A stretch of 64,000 bases of DNA from Patescibacteria group bacterium (GCA_050943055.1 JBMNOL010000004.1:3262-67261), one strand, 5' to 3'. Shown: positions 19,901 through 29,633, numbered from the stretch's first letter. The notes: generated by a model not told the origin, from the sequence alone. Numbers and translations: made by a program.

Positions 19901-20849
19901 CCGAACACCGAAGAAAAAAGCTTTAATTTCCGATGTTGCCGGTAAAGTTAAGATTGAGTTTGATCAAAAAATAATTCGTGATAAGGATGGTAAAGAAATC
20001 CTCGTTGATAATCCGCAGTCCAAACTCTTGTCAATTACCTATCAAGGAACGGACAGTGATAAGTATTATTTTTCTGAGAAAATTAATGAGATCAAGTTGT
20101 CTTCTGGGGCGACCACTAAAACTGGAAAAAAGAAATTAGAAGTTAAGGTTTTAGTGACCGAAGGACAGGCCGTAAAGATTGGTGCCGAGTTATTTAAAGT
20201 CGGTGCCGAGGTGGTCAAAGCCAAAACTGCCGGCGTGGCTTCAGTTACTGATAAATATGTCGCTATAGTGAAAGAAGTAAAAAAAGTTAAAGAGCATCAC
20301 ATCTTAAAGGGCACGATGTTACTGGTTAAAGATGGCGAGGAGATCGAAATCGGTCAGCAATTAACTGAGGGTAGTTTAGACTTGCGCGAACTTTTTAAAT
20401 TGAAGGGGCGCTTAGAAACCCAAAAATACATCATCAAAGAAATTCAATATGTTTATTCTTCTCAAGGACAATTTTTAAATGATAAGCACGTTGAAATTAT
20501 TGCTCGCCAAATGTTCTCTCGTTATCTCGTTAAGGAGTCGGGTAAAACTAATCTGCTACCAGGAGAAACAGTGGAGGCGGAAGTCTTATACCGATCCAAT
20601 AAGGACGTCAAAAAGCCGGCCGTGGCCGACCGTCTCCTCATGGGCATTACCAAAGCATCTCTTACCACTGACAGTTTCTTGTCGGCAGCTTCTTTCCAGG
20701 AGACGCCCCGGGTATTAATTGAGGCGGCTGTTTCCGGAAAAGTTGATTACTTAGATGGCTTGAAGGAAAACGTGATTATTGGTCGTTTAATTCCGGCCGG
20801 TACTGGTTACCGAGGTAATCGGGAACGTCCGAAACTAGTGTCTAAATAA
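16923..20849 (+). CDS. rpoC: DNA-directed RNA polymerase subunit beta'
   Basis: 1308 aa. Zn-finger [23 protein letters not shown], catalytic [26 protein letters not shown]-terminal [14 protein letters not shown]. Confidence 0.98.
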   Translation: MLNPIKTSDFDAIRLKLASPEEILSWSHGEVTKPETINYRTQKPEKDGLFCEKIFGPTKDWECACGKYKKIRYKGIVCDKCGVEVTRSVVRRERMGHIELQIPCTHIWFLRGISSKIGLLLNLGIQSLEKVIYFASFIVTSVDEDLKEATIEQIKQEYKSKRKNIDSDYKEALKRFKEAPKDGEDEKSLAAAHNDRIATLDEDFAATLKELKDLKPLLVISEQQYQNLSLKFGHIFEAGIGAEAIRELLSKIDLEKSITKLEVKFETALESKKEKMTKRLKLLKSLANNNIRPEWMIVTILPVVPPDLRPMVALDGGRFAASDLNDLYRRVINRNNRLKQLMDLNAPEVICRNEKRMLQEAVDALIDNSARHSKTVTASTGQKRQLKSLADTLKGKQGRFRQNLLGKRVDYSGRSVIVVNPKLNLDECGLPKIMALELFKPYIIAELIKREVVHNVRSASRYIEAGHDEVWDILEETVADAFVLLNRAPTLHRLGIQAFKPVLIEGKAIQIHPLVCTAFNADFDGDQMAVHVPLTKEARREAEEIMLSSHNLLKPATGEPIVTPSQDIVWGAYYITFEDKESAKRPDQELRYFYDADEANLAYSNNYIGLHETILVNWSGQRLRTTMGRLIFNLILPEKLRFVNEVVNKGKIKDLIKDCLRWYSEEETVKFIDDLKNHSFAFITKSGLSWGFGDLPDIKEKDVLIEEATKKVDLIQEQYEEGLLTDSERYAKVIEEWTNTKDQIADICKASLTNSLPVFSMIDSGARGSWAQPVQILGMKGLVTSPSGAIIELPVKGNFKEGFGVLEYFFSTHATRKGLSDTALRTANAGYLTRRLVDVAQDVIVAEEDCGDTEGFLITRAEADKNGEDFFKKIGGRYLAADLLDSKGKKIIAAGEILDEKAIFLAKEKGVTEAKIRSVLSCHLHKGVCIKCYGNDLAYNKPVKLGATVGIIAAQSIGEPGTQLTMRTFHTGGVAGSDDITQGLPRVEEIFESRTPKKKALISDVAGKVKIEFDQKIIRDKDGKEILVDNPQSKLLSITYQGTDSDKYYFSEKINEIKLSSGATTKTGKKKLEVKVLVTEGQAVKIGAELFKVGAEVVKAKTAGVASVTDKYVAIVKEVKKVKEHHILKGTMLLVKDGEEIEIGQQLTEGSLDLRELFKLKGRLETQKYIIKEIQYVYSSQGQFLNDKHVEIIARQMFSRYLVKESGKTNLLPGETVEAEVLYRSNKDVKKPAVADRLLMGITKASLTTDSFLSAASFQETPRVLIEAAVSGKVDYLDGLKENVIIGRLIPAGTGYRGNRERPKLVSK

Positions 20850-20861
20850 AGAATCTTTTCA

Positions 20862-20891
20862 AGCGGCCCCGAGGGGGCCGCTTTTTTTTTT
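20862..20891 (+). terminator. Intrinsic terminator after rpoC
   Basis: gcggcccc-gag-ggggccgc is an 8-bp GC-rich stem followed by a 10-nt T-run. Confidence 0.9.
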
Positions 20892-20959
20892 AAAAAAACA
20901 AAGAAATTAATTGACTATTTTCGGTTGTCTTTTAAGTCTAAATAGCTTAAAATAACAGC

Positions 20960-22432
20960 ATGTCTTTATCACGTCGCCACTGTTTTTTCGGAGTCTTTTG
21001 GCTTATTTTAGCTCTCTTTATTTTAATGGCAAAAATTGTTCCCAGTGGTCGGGTTAGCTACGAAGTTGATTATCGCCACTTAAGTCGCCCTTTTGGGGGC
21101 AAGGGTTTTATTGGCCATCTAACTCCAGCGGAGAGAGTGAGCCAGGAAGCAAAAAAACCCGCTTTAATTAGCGGCGATCCGGTTTATTTTTCTGTTTTTA
21201 CGCCGCGAACTTTTTCTGAAGCGAAAGTGACAATTACTTATCGCGACGAACTCACTCCTGACACACCTGTAATTGAAGCCGGCATTTTGGTGGATAATTT
21301 AGTTTGGCGTTATTTAACTAAGCCCTTGGAGAATAAAACTCTAGATTCGCTAAAAGACTGGTCTTTGGTTTCTGACGGGGATTTATCTTTGTATCAAAAA
21401 AACCCCAACTTCTTTTCGGTGGCCCATTTTATTGAGACTGCTACTGAAAATCCTGAAGAAATTTGTTCAGACGGCAATCTTAATTCTTGTTTAGCTCTAT
21501 ATAATCCGCCCGCTCTAAATTTTTTACAAAAAAGAATTCGGGGGCCGCGGCAGGATTTTGTTCCTTGGACGATTCCTCTAAGAGGCACCCACCAATTTTA
21601 TTTTACCGCCCCCGCTAATCAGGAACTATTTTTTTCTTTTGAAGTGACAGACTTGAATTTAGATAAACGTGATGACCCTGTTCATTTAATAGTTTATGAG
21701 GGTAGTCAGATAATTTGTCAAAGTAAAATTGAGGATAATGATGGTGGCGAGGGGGAAGGCGAGGTCCAAACAAAAACCGTTACCCTTACTTGTCCGCCTT
21801 TATCAAGCCAAGAAACTTTAAAATTGGAAGTCAAAGGCAGTTCCGATTTGGTGATTAAGGAAATCAGCGCGGCGCCGGGGGCCTTAAATTTTGTAAGTCG
21901 GGTTTATCCGATAGAATCAGAAGTACGGCCTTTGGAATTTTGGACCGACCGCAATTTAATTAGCGTAACCACCGTCAATCCGGCCAGTCGACAAGAAATT
22001 ACTTTTGGTGATCAGCAATTTTCTTTAGCGGAGCCCTATGAACGTTATGAGTTTGCTAATCAAGACCCTGGTTTAAAAAAGGTTACTTTAACCAAGCCGG
22101 ATGTGATTTTAGAGACCGGTGGTGTTTTGGCGCCGCAGGCCGAGACTTTCTTCAATCCCGATTTTGATGTTTTGAGTCGTTACTTTTCTCCAAACGAAGA
22201 AACTACTTATATTCTCGCTGCTTATCAACCGCCGTTTCTTCGGGCGGATGGTTTAAAGGAGGCGACGGTGACTTTCAACACGCAAGCTGCTTATCGTGAG
22301 AATGGCAAATACAGTTTTATGATTTCTATTCCCGGTTTAGCACCAGCTGATTCGGGTCAATTAGTGATTGAAAAAATAAAAGTTGAATTTACCGGCCGCA
22401 GTCTACTAGAAAAACTAAGCGATTTCTTTTAA
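20960..22432 (+). CDS. Hypothetical N-terminally membrane-anchored extracytoplasmic protein
   Basis: 490-aa ORF with one N-terminal hydrophobic helix (FFGVFWLILALFILMA); the remainder looks beta-rich. No family recognised. Its stop is 1 nt from the next ORF. Confidence 0.6.
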   Translation: MSLSRRHCFFGVFWLILALFILMAKIVPSGRVSYEVDYRHLSRPFGGKGFIGHLTPAERVSQEAKKPALISGDPVYFSVFTPRTFSEAKVTITYRDELTPDTPVIEAGILVDNLVWRYLTKPLENKTLDSLKDWSLVSDGDLSLYQKNPNFFSVAHFIETATENPEEICSDGNLNSCLALYNPPALNFLQKRIRGPRQDFVPWTIPLRGTHQFYFTAPANQELFFSFEVTDLNLDKRDDPVHLIVYEGSQIICQSKIEDNDGGEGEGEVQTKTVTLTCPPLSSQETLKLEVKGSSDLVIKEISAAPGALNFVSRVYPIESEVRPLEFWTDRNLISVTTVNPASRQEITFGDQQFSLAEPYERYEFANQDPGLKKVTLTKPDVILETGGVLAPQAETFFNPDFDVLSRYFSPNEETTYILAAYQPPFLRADGLKEATVTFNTQAAYRENGKYSFMISIPGLAPADSGQLVIEKIKVEFTGRSLLEKLSDFF

Positions 22433-22433
22433 T

Positions 22434-22613
22434 ATGAGACGTTTAAGTTCCAAAACCCGCTCGCGATTAACCGATATTTTTATTTTTTTAAGTGGGGCGA
22501 TCATCTTAATGGTTTTTTTTGAATTAATCTGGCCTAATAGTGTGCTGGCTTTCTTTAACCTGAATTATGCCGTTTTGGCCTGGCTAATTTTGGGTCTAAT
22601 TCTTTTATTCTAA
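22434..22613 (+). CDS. Unannotated 59-aa two-helix membrane micro-protein
   Basis: Below the track's length cut-off. ATG 22434 gives MRRLSSKTRSRLTDIFIFLSGAIILMVFFELIWPNSVLAFFNLNYAVLAWLILGLILLF, stop 22611-22613. It exactly fills the gap between the 490-aa ORF and murJ, with identical TAATATG junctions at both ends. Confidence 0.45.
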   Translation: MRRLSSKTRSRLTDIFIFLSGAIILMVFFELIWPNSVLAFFNLNYAVLAWLILGLILLF

Positions 22614-22614
22614 T

Positions 22615-24279
22615 ATGAAGTTCTGGCGTCAAATTTTTCTTCCAAAAATATTTCAACAAAAAATTAACAGCATCACCGTGGCTGCCGCTTTAGTAGCGGT
22701 CTCTTCTTTACTCTCTCGCCTCTTAGGTTTGTTTCGCGATCGTATTTTGGCTAGTTATATTGGCCCAGGACCGGAGTTAGATATTTATTTTGCCGCTTTT
22801 CGTATTCCCGACCTGCTTTATAATTTAGTGGTTTTAGGTGCTCTCTCAGCCGGTTTTATTCCAATTTTCTCACGCCTGATTAAAGATTCTAATCCTAAAG
22901 GACCGGAAGATAATCGTGAAGCTTGGTCTTTGGTTAATAATGTTTTAAATGTTTTGAGCCTGGCTTTAATTGTCCTAGGTATTATCGGGGTTATTTTTGC
23001 GCCCGCGTTAATGAAATTAGTCGCGCCGGGATTTACTCCAGAAAATCAAGTCCGGGCGGCCGCTTTGACCAGAATTATGTTTTTGTCGCCCTTAATTTTA
23101 GGCATCTCCGGCATTGTTGGCGCGACCCTGCAATCTTTCAAGCGTTTTTTTGCTTATTCTCTGTCCCCAATTTTTTATAATTTAGGGATTATTATTGGCG
23201 CTCTGTGGCTAATTAATTATTGGGGGATCGCCGGCTTGGCTTGGGGTGTGGTTTTGGGCGCTCTTTTTCATCTTTTGGTGCAGCTACCAGCGTTATTTAA
23301 TCTCGGTTTCCGCTATCAACCACTTATAAATTGGCGTGATAAAAACTTAAAGCAAATCGGTCGCCTGATGGTGCCGCGCACCCTTAGCCTGGTTCTTGGC
23401 CAGATTGATCTTTTAGTAATCACTTCAATTGCTTCCGGTTTAACGGCGGGCTCCCTGACAATTTTTACCTTGGCTAATAATTTGCAATCTTTTCCGGTGG
23501 GAATTTTTGGTGTTTCTTTTGCGATTGCCGCTTTTCCGACTTTGGCCCAATACGCCAATGACAAGAAAAATTTAGAGGCTAGCTTTTCGGCGACCTTCCG
23601 GCGGATTTTATTTTTTGTGATCCCGTCGACTGTTTTATTAATTACTTTGCGCGCCCAAATTGTGCGGGTTGTTTTTGGCGCCGGCGTCTTTTCTTGGGAA
23701 GACACGGTTTTGACCATGAACGCTTTGGCTTTATTTTCTCTTAGTTTGTTCGCTCAAGCTTCAATTCCTCTTCTGGTACGAGTTTTCTACGCTCGCCAGG
23801 ATTCAAAAACGCCTTTCTTTATTAGTTTTTTAGCAACGGCGGTTAATATCATTCTGGCCCTCTTTTTATCGGGGCGTTACGGTGTTTTAGGTCTGCCATT
23901 GGCTTTTTCTATTGCCAGTATTTTTAACTTTCTCCTCCTTTGGTTTTATTTAATCTTTAAAGTCGGGAGTTTTGATTTATCACGAATCGCTGTTTCTGCT
24001 TTTAAATTTTGTTTGGCGGCTATCGGCGCCGGTGCCGCTATTCAGATTACTAAGCAAATAGTGGGCAGTTCGGTAGATATGACCACTTTTATCGGTGTCT
24101 TCATTCAACTTTGTCTGGCGGCATTGGCTGGGGTGGCGATTTATCTTTTAATCTGTTATCTCTTGCGCAGTGAGGAATTTTTTGGTTTACTGGATTCCTG
24201 GCGACAACGAGGTAAATTAAAACCTGCGCGAGTATCTGTTTCGGTGGCGGAGGCGGAATTAGAAAATCAACAAAAGTAA
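22615..24279 (+). CDS. murJ: Lipid II flippase MurJ (MviN family)
   Basis: 554 aa and polytopic. N-terminal LSRLLGLFRDRILASYIG..ELDIYFAAFRIPDLLYNL and later FPTLAQ / LLVRVFYARQDSKTP motifs typical of MurJ. Confidence 0.9.
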   Translation: MKFWRQIFLPKIFQQKINSITVAAALVAVSSLLSRLLGLFRDRILASYIGPGPELDIYFAAFRIPDLLYNLVVLGALSAGFIPIFSRLIKDSNPKGPEDNREAWSLVNNVLNVLSLALIVLGIIGVIFAPALMKLVAPGFTPENQVRAAALTRIMFLSPLILGISGIVGATLQSFKRFFAYSLSPIFYNLGIIIGALWLINYWGIAGLAWGVVLGALFHLLVQLPALFNLGFRYQPLINWRDKNLKQIGRLMVPRTLSLVLGQIDLLVITSIASGLTAGSLTIFTLANNLQSFPVGIFGVSFAIAAFPTLAQYANDKKNLEASFSATFRRILFFVIPSTVLLITLRAQIVRVVFGAGVFSWEDTVLTMNALALFSLSLFAQASIPLLVRVFYARQDSKTPFFISFLATAVNIILALFLSGRYGVLGLPLAFSIASIFNFLLLWFYLIFKVGSFDLSRIAVSAFKFCLAAIGAGAAIQITKQIVGSSVDMTTFIGVFIQLCLAALAGVAIYLLICYLLRSEEFFGLLDSWRQRGKLKPARVSVSVAEAELENQQK

Positions 24280-24300
24280 GTTTTAATAAATTATTTTTTC

Positions 24301-26100
24301 ATGGCTAATCTGGATAAAATTAGAAATTTTTGTATTATCGCTCACATTGATCATGGGAAGTCTACTTTGGCTGACCGGATGTTAGAGATTACCGAAACGG
24401 TGGACAAGCGAGAAATGAAGCAACAACTGCTTGATGGTATGGATTTAGAACGGGAGCGAGGCATTACTATTAAGTTGCAACCGGTCACGATGCAATATCA
24501 AGGCTATCAGTTGAATTTAATTGATACCCCCGGACATGTGGATTTTTCTTATGAAGTTTCTCGATCTTTAGCGGCTGTCGAAACTGCTGTTTTATTAGTA
24601 GATGCCACCCAAGGCATCCAAGCCCAAACTCTAGCTAATCTTTATTTAGCGCTAGAACAAAATCTGACAATTATTCCGGTAATTAACAAGATTGACTTAC
24701 CGGCGGCGGACATTCCCAAAACAAAAGCCGAGCTGGTTAAATTATTGGGTTGTCAACCAGAAGAAATTTTAAGTTGTTCCGGTAAAACCGGAGTCGGGGT
24801 GACCGAAGTTTTACAGGCGGTTATTAAAAACGGCGAGGCGCCGCGACCGGCAGTTTTAGCGTCGCCGCGAGCGCTAATCTTTGACTCTAAGTATGATGAA
24901 TATAAAGGAGTGGTGGCTTATGTTCGCATTTTTGACGGGGCTGTTAAAAAAGGAGATAGGATAAAACTTTTAGCAACCGGGGCGACTTCGGAAGTTTTAG
25001 ATATTGGCATTTTTAAACCCCGTTATCATTCTACCGATATTTTAGAGACCGGTAGTATTGGCTATGTGGTGACCGGCTTTAAGCAAGTTGATGATTGTCG
25101 CGTTGGCGATACAATGACAATCGTTAGTTCCGACAAGATTGCCCCCTTAGCCGGTTATAAAGAAGTAAAGCCGATGGTTTTTGCCGGTATTTTCCCGAGT
25201 GCGGGTACTGATTTACAAGATTTGCGCGAGGCCTTAGAAAAATTAAAACTTAATGATGCCGCTCTAGTTTACGAGCCGGAGCAATCCGATGCTATGGGCG
25301 TGGGTTTTCGCTGCGGCTTCTTGGGGCTTTTACATTTAGAAATTTTTCAAGAGCGTTTGCGCCGGGAATACAAGCTATCTTTGCTCGTCACTGTGCCCAG
25401 TGTTGCTTATAAAGCGGTTTTAAAAAGTGGCGAGGAAATGGTGGTCAGGACGCCGCAACGATTACCGGAACCTAATGTTTTAGAATCTATTGCCGAACCT
25501 TTTGTTTCTTTAGATATTGTCACGCCGCAAAAATATTTAGGCGGGCTAATGTCCTTAACTCAAGAAAAGCGTGGCATTTATAAAAATACTGAATACATTT
25601 CTGTGGGTGACGAAGAGGCGCGGGCGATTCTCCATTATGAGATCCCGATGTCGGCAATTTTAACGGATTATTATGATAAGATTAAAAGCGTTTCCGCCGG
25701 TTATGCTTCAATCAATTATGAATTTTTAGAATATCGTCCGGCTGATGTAATAAAATTAGAAATCATGGTCGCGGAGGAACCAGTTGAATCTCTAGCCACG
25801 ATTGTTTACCGTGATGAAGCTTATCGTCAGGGACGAGAAATAGTAGAAATTTTGAAGAAAAATTTACCGCGGCAGATGTTTGCTATTAAGATTCAAGCCG
25901 TCATCGGCGGGAAAATTATTGCGGCCGATCGAATTAGCGCTTTACGAAAAGATGTGACCGCTAAATTGTATGGCGGCGATTTAAGTCGCAAAACTAAACT
26001 CTTGGATAAACAGAAAAAAGGGAAGAAAAAGATGATGAGTTTAGGACGGGGGCGAGTAACAATTCCTCCGGATACTTTTATTAAAATTTTAAAGAAATAG
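24301..26100 (+). CDS. lepA: Translation elongation factor 4 (LepA)
   Basis: IRNFCIIAHIDHGKSTLADR (G1), DTPGHVDF (G3), NKID (G4). LepA-specific C-terminal region ending KLLDKQKKGKKKMM..G.V.IP. Confidence 0.95.
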   Translation: MANLDKIRNFCIIAHIDHGKSTLADRMLEITETVDKREMKQQLLDGMDLERERGITIKLQPVTMQYQGYQLNLIDTPGHVDFSYEVSRSLAAVETAVLLVDATQGIQAQTLANLYLALEQNLTIIPVINKIDLPAADIPKTKAELVKLLGCQPEEILSCSGKTGVGVTEVLQAVIKNGEAPRPAVLASPRALIFDSKYDEYKGVVAYVRIFDGAVKKGDRIKLLATGATSEVLDIGIFKPRYHSTDILETGSIGYVVTGFKQVDDCRVGDTMTIVSSDKIAPLAGYKEVKPMVFAGIFPSAGTDLQDLREALEKLKLNDAALVYEPEQSDAMGVGFRCGFLGLLHLEIFQERLRREYKLSLLVTVPSVAYKAVLKSGEEMVVRTPQRLPEPNVLESIAEPFVSLDIVTPQKYLGGLMSLTQEKRGIYKNTEYISVGDEEARAILHYEIPMSAILTDYYDKIKSVSAGYASINYEFLEYRPADVIKLEIMVAEEPVESLATIVYRDEAYRQGREIVEILKKNLPRQMFAIKIQAVIGGKIIAADRISALRKDVTAKLYGGDLSRKTKLLDKQKKGKKKMMSLGRGRVTIPPDTFIKILKK

Positions 26101-26104
26101 GTCT

Positions 26105-26206
26105 ATGAAGAAAAAAGAACGTACCCGTATTCTCTGGATAATAGTTTCTATAATTGTAATCACGTCAATGATTTTTTTATCTTTGGGGTCGATGCTCGCT
26201 TTTTAA
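26105..26206 (+). CDS. Possible 33-aa hydrophobic micro-ORF between lepA and recJ
   Basis: ATG 26105 gives MKKKERTRILWIIVSIIVITSMIFLSLGSMLAF. Its stop TAA (26204-26206) abuts the recJ ATG (26207). Basic N-terminus plus a single TM-like helix. No other support. Confidence 0.25.
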   Translation: MKKKERTRILWIIVSIIVITSMIFLSLGSMLAF

Positions 26207-28018
26207 ATGATGACTCCTAAAAGTTTAAAAAAACGGTGGCAATTAGAACCATTGGCACCAGCCGATTTTTTAGCCGCTGATTTTCCGGAGTCGGCGCTTT
26301 TGCGGCAACTTTTTTTTAATCGTGGTTTTAAAGATTCGGTCGCGGCTCAATCTTTTTTGACGGGGGTTTTGCCGGCCAATCAAGTTTTGGATATTGTCAG
26401 TGACAAGGAATTTTTATTTTATAATCCTTTTCTGTTTAAGGATATGGCGGTAGCGGTAGCTTTAATTATTAAACACTTAAAAGCTCGGAACAAAATTGTT
26501 GTCTACGGTGATTATGATGCCGATGGAGTAACGGCCGCCGCAATCTTAGTGGAGACTTTAAAAATTTTACACGCGGATGTTAGTGTTTATCTGCCCGATA
26601 GAATTAATGAAGGTTATGGTTTAAACTTACCCGCTCTAGAACGCTTAGCGGCTGAAGGCGTTAAGCTAGTGATAACGGTGGATAGCGGAATCAGAAATCG
26701 CGGCGAAATTTTGGCCGCTCAGGCCTTGGGTTTAGAAGTTATTGTCACTGATCACCACGTCTTACCGGAAGAACTCGCTGATCTGCCGCCTTGTCCGATT
26801 ATTAATCCCGCCAACAAAAATGATCAATACCCTTGGCCATTTTTGGCTGGCGTGGGGGTAGCTTTCAAATTAGCCAGCGCTTTAATTTTTAAAGCGGAAC
26901 TGCCGCCTCTTCAGAAAAAATTAATTTTAGAAAAAAGTTTGGATTTAGTGGCCGTGGGGACGGTGGCGGATATGGTTAGTTTATTGGGCGAGAATCGTTT
27001 GTTGGTGAAGTTGGGTTTAAATATTTTAAATCAGGGGAAGCGACTCGGTTTAACCGAACTAATTAAGGTTTCTCAAGGTCGCTCTAATTATCAAAAACCG
27101 CTGGAGTCTTGGAATTTAAGTTGGCAGTTGGCGCCACGTCTTAATGCGGCTAGTCGTTTGGCTCACGCTAATAGTGCTTTTTGTTTGTTGACGGCCACTG
27201 AAGAAATGGAAGCTAAGCGGCTAGCGGCTGAGTTAAATAATCGTAACCAGGAGCGCCAGCAAATTACGGAAATGATTGTTGCTCAAATGGAGAAGCAAAT
27301 TGACTGCGAAAATCTACCGGCTCTTATTATTGGGGTTGCGCCTGAGGGTGAGGACTGGAATGAGGGGGTTATTGGGTTAGTGGCTGGTCGAATCTGTGAA
27401 CGTTATTATCGACCGACTTTAATAATTTCCCGTCTTCATGATGAATTCGGGGCCACTTCTTTTAAGGGGTCGGGGCGTTCAATTAAGGAATTAAATTTAA
27501 TTGCCGCTTTAACAGCGCAAGAAAAATATTTAGCTAAATTCGGTGGCCATCCCATGGCTTGCGGTTTTTCAATCGCCACGGAGGCCGATTTACAGGAGTT
27601 TATTACTAGTTTAAGGGCGGCAGTAGCCGAATCTTTAGCAGGACAAGAACTTTTCCCACTTTTAAGAATTGAAGCGGAGTTACCTTGGGAAGACTTAAAT
27701 CTAGCTTTAGCTGAAAAATTAAAACAGTTAGAACCTTATGGACAAGATAACCCGCAACCGAAGTTTGTTAGTTATAATGTTTTAGTGTCTGATCTGATTT
27801 TTTTAGGACAAGAAAACCAGCATCTAAAATTGCGCCTGACCACGGCGGCTAAACCGCATTATCTTTGGGGTCTCGCCTTTAATTTGGCGCTTAGTTACCC
27901 GGATTTAGCTATTGGCGATAAAATTGATATTGTTTATACTTTAGAAGTTAATGAGTTTAACGGTCGGCGTGAAGCGCAATTAAAAATAATTGATTTACGC
28001 CCCAGCAGTAAAAATTAA
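26207..28018 (+). CDS. recJ: Single-stranded-DNA-specific exonuclease RecJ
   Basis: DHH-family motifs VYGDYDADGVT, ITVDSG, VTDHH, plus the DHHA1 motif GGHPMACG. Confidence 0.92.
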   Translation: MMTPKSLKKRWQLEPLAPADFLAADFPESALLRQLFFNRGFKDSVAAQSFLTGVLPANQVLDIVSDKEFLFYNPFLFKDMAVAVALIIKHLKARNKIVVYGDYDADGVTAAAILVETLKILHADVSVYLPDRINEGYGLNLPALERLAAEGVKLVITVDSGIRNRGEILAAQALGLEVIVTDHHVLPEELADLPPCPIINPANKNDQYPWPFLAGVGVAFKLASALIFKAELPPLQKKLILEKSLDLVAVGTVADMVSLLGENRLLVKLGLNILNQGKRLGLTELIKVSQGRSNYQKPLESWNLSWQLAPRLNAASRLAHANSAFCLLTATEEMEAKRLAAELNNRNQERQQITEMIVAQMEKQIDCENLPALIIGVAPEGEDWNEGVIGLVAGRICERYYRPTLIISRLHDEFGATSFKGSGRSIKELNLIAALTAQEKYLAKFGGHPMACGFSIATEADLQEFITSLRAAVAESLAGQELFPLLRIEAELPWEDLNLALAEKLKQLEPYGQDNPQPKFVSYNVLVSDLIFLGQENQHLKLRLTTAAKPHYLWGLAFNLALSYPDLAIGDKIDIVYTLEVNEFNGRREAQLKIIDLRPSSKN

Positions 28019-28022
28019 TTCT

Positions 28023-28430
28023 ATGGCTAAAAAAATTATTATTCATAGTGATGGCGGCGCCCGGGGTAATCCTGGGCCAGCGGGCATTGGTGCTGTTTTG
28101 ACTGACGAAGCGGGAGTCGTGTTGGCCGAGATTTCTGATTATTTAGGGAAAGCCACTAATAATCAAGCAGAGTATCGCGCCTTAATCGCGGCGCTTCAAA
28201 AGGCCCAAGAGCTAAAAGCCACGGAAGTTGATTGTTATTTAGATAGCGAATTAGTTGTTAGGCAATTAAATCGGGAGTATAAAGTAAAAAATGCCGATTT
28301 GGCTCCTTTATTTCTTAAAGTTTATAACCTTTCTTTAGGTTTTTCGCACTGTCGATTTTTTCATGTTCGGAGAGAACTTAATAAAGAGGCGGATAAATTG
28401 GCTAATCAGGCCATGGACCGGGTTTGTTAA
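28023..28430 (+). CDS. rnhA: Ribonuclease H (type 1 family)
   Basis: MAKKIIIHSDGGARGNPGPAGIG, ATNNQAEYRALI, DSELVVRQL and NKEADKLAN give the RNase HI DEDD-type catalytic pattern. The track ORF (27990) begins upstream inside recJ; the ATG at 28023 is preferred. Confidence 0.85.
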   Translation: MAKKIIIHSDGGARGNPGPAGIGAVLTDEAGVVLAEISDYLGKATNNQAEYRALIAALQKAQELKATEVDCYLDSELVVRQLNREYKVKNADLAPLFLKVYNLSLGFSHCRFFHVRRELNKEADKLANQAMDRVC

Positions 28431-28441
28431 AAAAGTTAATT

Positions 28442-28474
28442 AAAAAACCCGAATATTTATTCGGGTCTTTTTTT
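28442..28474. terminator. Bidirectional intrinsic terminator between convergent rnhA and the por-operon end
   Basis: aaaaaacccgaata-ttt-attcgggtcttttttt is a 9-bp stem with flanking A- and T-runs. Confidence 0.8.
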
Positions 28475-29633
28475 ACTTCCCAGTTGGTGACCAGTGCCAA
28501 GGCTCGCTTAAAATATTTGCGTAAAGACCGTTAGCGTTCATGCACTCTTTTAAGCCGCTATCCTCGTTATAAGCCCAGCTCATCTTTCCTTTAAGATAGT
28601 TAATATCAATTGCTTGCCCAGAGCCATGATTGGAACAGCAAGGCAGAGCGGCTTTACTGCCTCCTTCTTGTTCATATTTTAATCTTAGTTCGACCTGTCT
28701 TTTTGGGGATCGCCAAGCGTTATTAATCCCAAAAGGCAAATTGCCTCCATTTTTTTCTTTGACACATTCCATTGCTGATAGATAGGCGCTGAGAACAGAT
28801 TGCTCAATAAAAACAGTCGAGCCATTAATAGCCTTGGTTGTTGTTAGGCCCGCTGGTTGTGTTTCGCCTAAGGCCATACATAAAGAATAATCCCCTTTTT
28901 TGCTAGCCGCGCAAGCATCCTGGTAGGGGTTGGCGGCTTGGGCGGCTTCTCCTAATTCAGTAACATCGGTATCGGGGTTAATTTCTAGGGGTTCAATATA
29001 AGCAATTTCCAGACTTTTTAATTTTACTAAATCAGGGTTAATAAAACTTAAAATTAAATTAGCACTCACCAGGAGAATTAAGCCAGTGACACTGCCGGTG
29101 ATCATATTTTTGGCCGTGGCGATTTTTCCTTGGTCGCCACCAGAAACAATCCAAATTACACCCGCGGCCATTAAAATTAAAACCGCTAAAATGCTAGCAA
29201 TATTAAGGGCGAAACTATAGAGGCCAAAAGAATATTCAGAAATCCAGGGAATTTTACAGACACCATTAGAGCAGTCAACTTCACTTAATCTTTCTAAACC
29301 CGGAATTTCTACCTGCCAAGTATCTGAAGGGTTTGTAAATTTAGGCTCTCTAAGAGGGGCCTGTTCTTTAGTGCAGCAACAAAGATAGGTATAAGCGCCT
29401 TCGGTAGGTTTATCACCGACGCAAGCTGTTCCGTTAACAGTATTGCCTGGGCAAACAAAGCGGTCGTTACTTCCAGGGGTTATAACTGAGCCGACCGCGC
29501 CAGGAGTGCCGGAAATTCTTTCTGCTCGAGTCCAAACACAAACATCAGCTTGAGCGGGAAGAGCAATAAAAAAAGATATTCCTAAAAATAATAAGGTGAC
29601 CGCGATTAAATTTTTATTAGAGATTAATTTCAT
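28473..29633 (-). CDS. Secreted Cys-rich protein with VirB2/TrbC-type (T4SS pilin-like) hydrophobic hairpin fused to a C-terminal M15/VanY-like (LAS) peptidase domain
   Basis: Signal peptide ending ALPAQA-D, then a Cys-rich N-domain (CVW..CPG..CVG..LCCC..C..C). The pilin-like core is ILAVLILMAAGVIWIVSGGDQGKIATAKNMITGSVTGLILLVSANLILSFINPDL (nt 29028-29231). The C-terminus has SNHGSGQAID (nt 28605-28634) and SEPWHW, i.e. the SxHxxGxAxD and ExxH metal-binding motifs of the VanY/M15 family. Confidence 0.7.
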   Translation of the reverse strand: MKLISNKNLIAVTLLFLGISFFIALPAQADVCVWTRAERISGTPGAVGSVITPGSNDRFVCPGNTVNGTACVGDKPTEGAYTYLCCCTKEQAPLREPKFTNPSDTWQVEIPGLERLSEVDCSNGVCKIPWISEYSFGLYSFALNIASILAVLILMAAGVIWIVSGGDQGKIATAKNMITGSVTGLILLVSANLILSFINPDLVKLKSLEIAYIEPLEINPDTDVTELGEAAQAANPYQDACAASKKGDYSLCMALGETQPAGLTTTKAINGSTVFIEQSVLSAYLSAMECVKEKNGGNLPFGINNAWRSPKRQVELRLKYEQEGGSKAALPCCSNHGSGQAIDINYLKGKMSWAYNEDSGLKECMNANGLYANILSEPWHWSPTGK

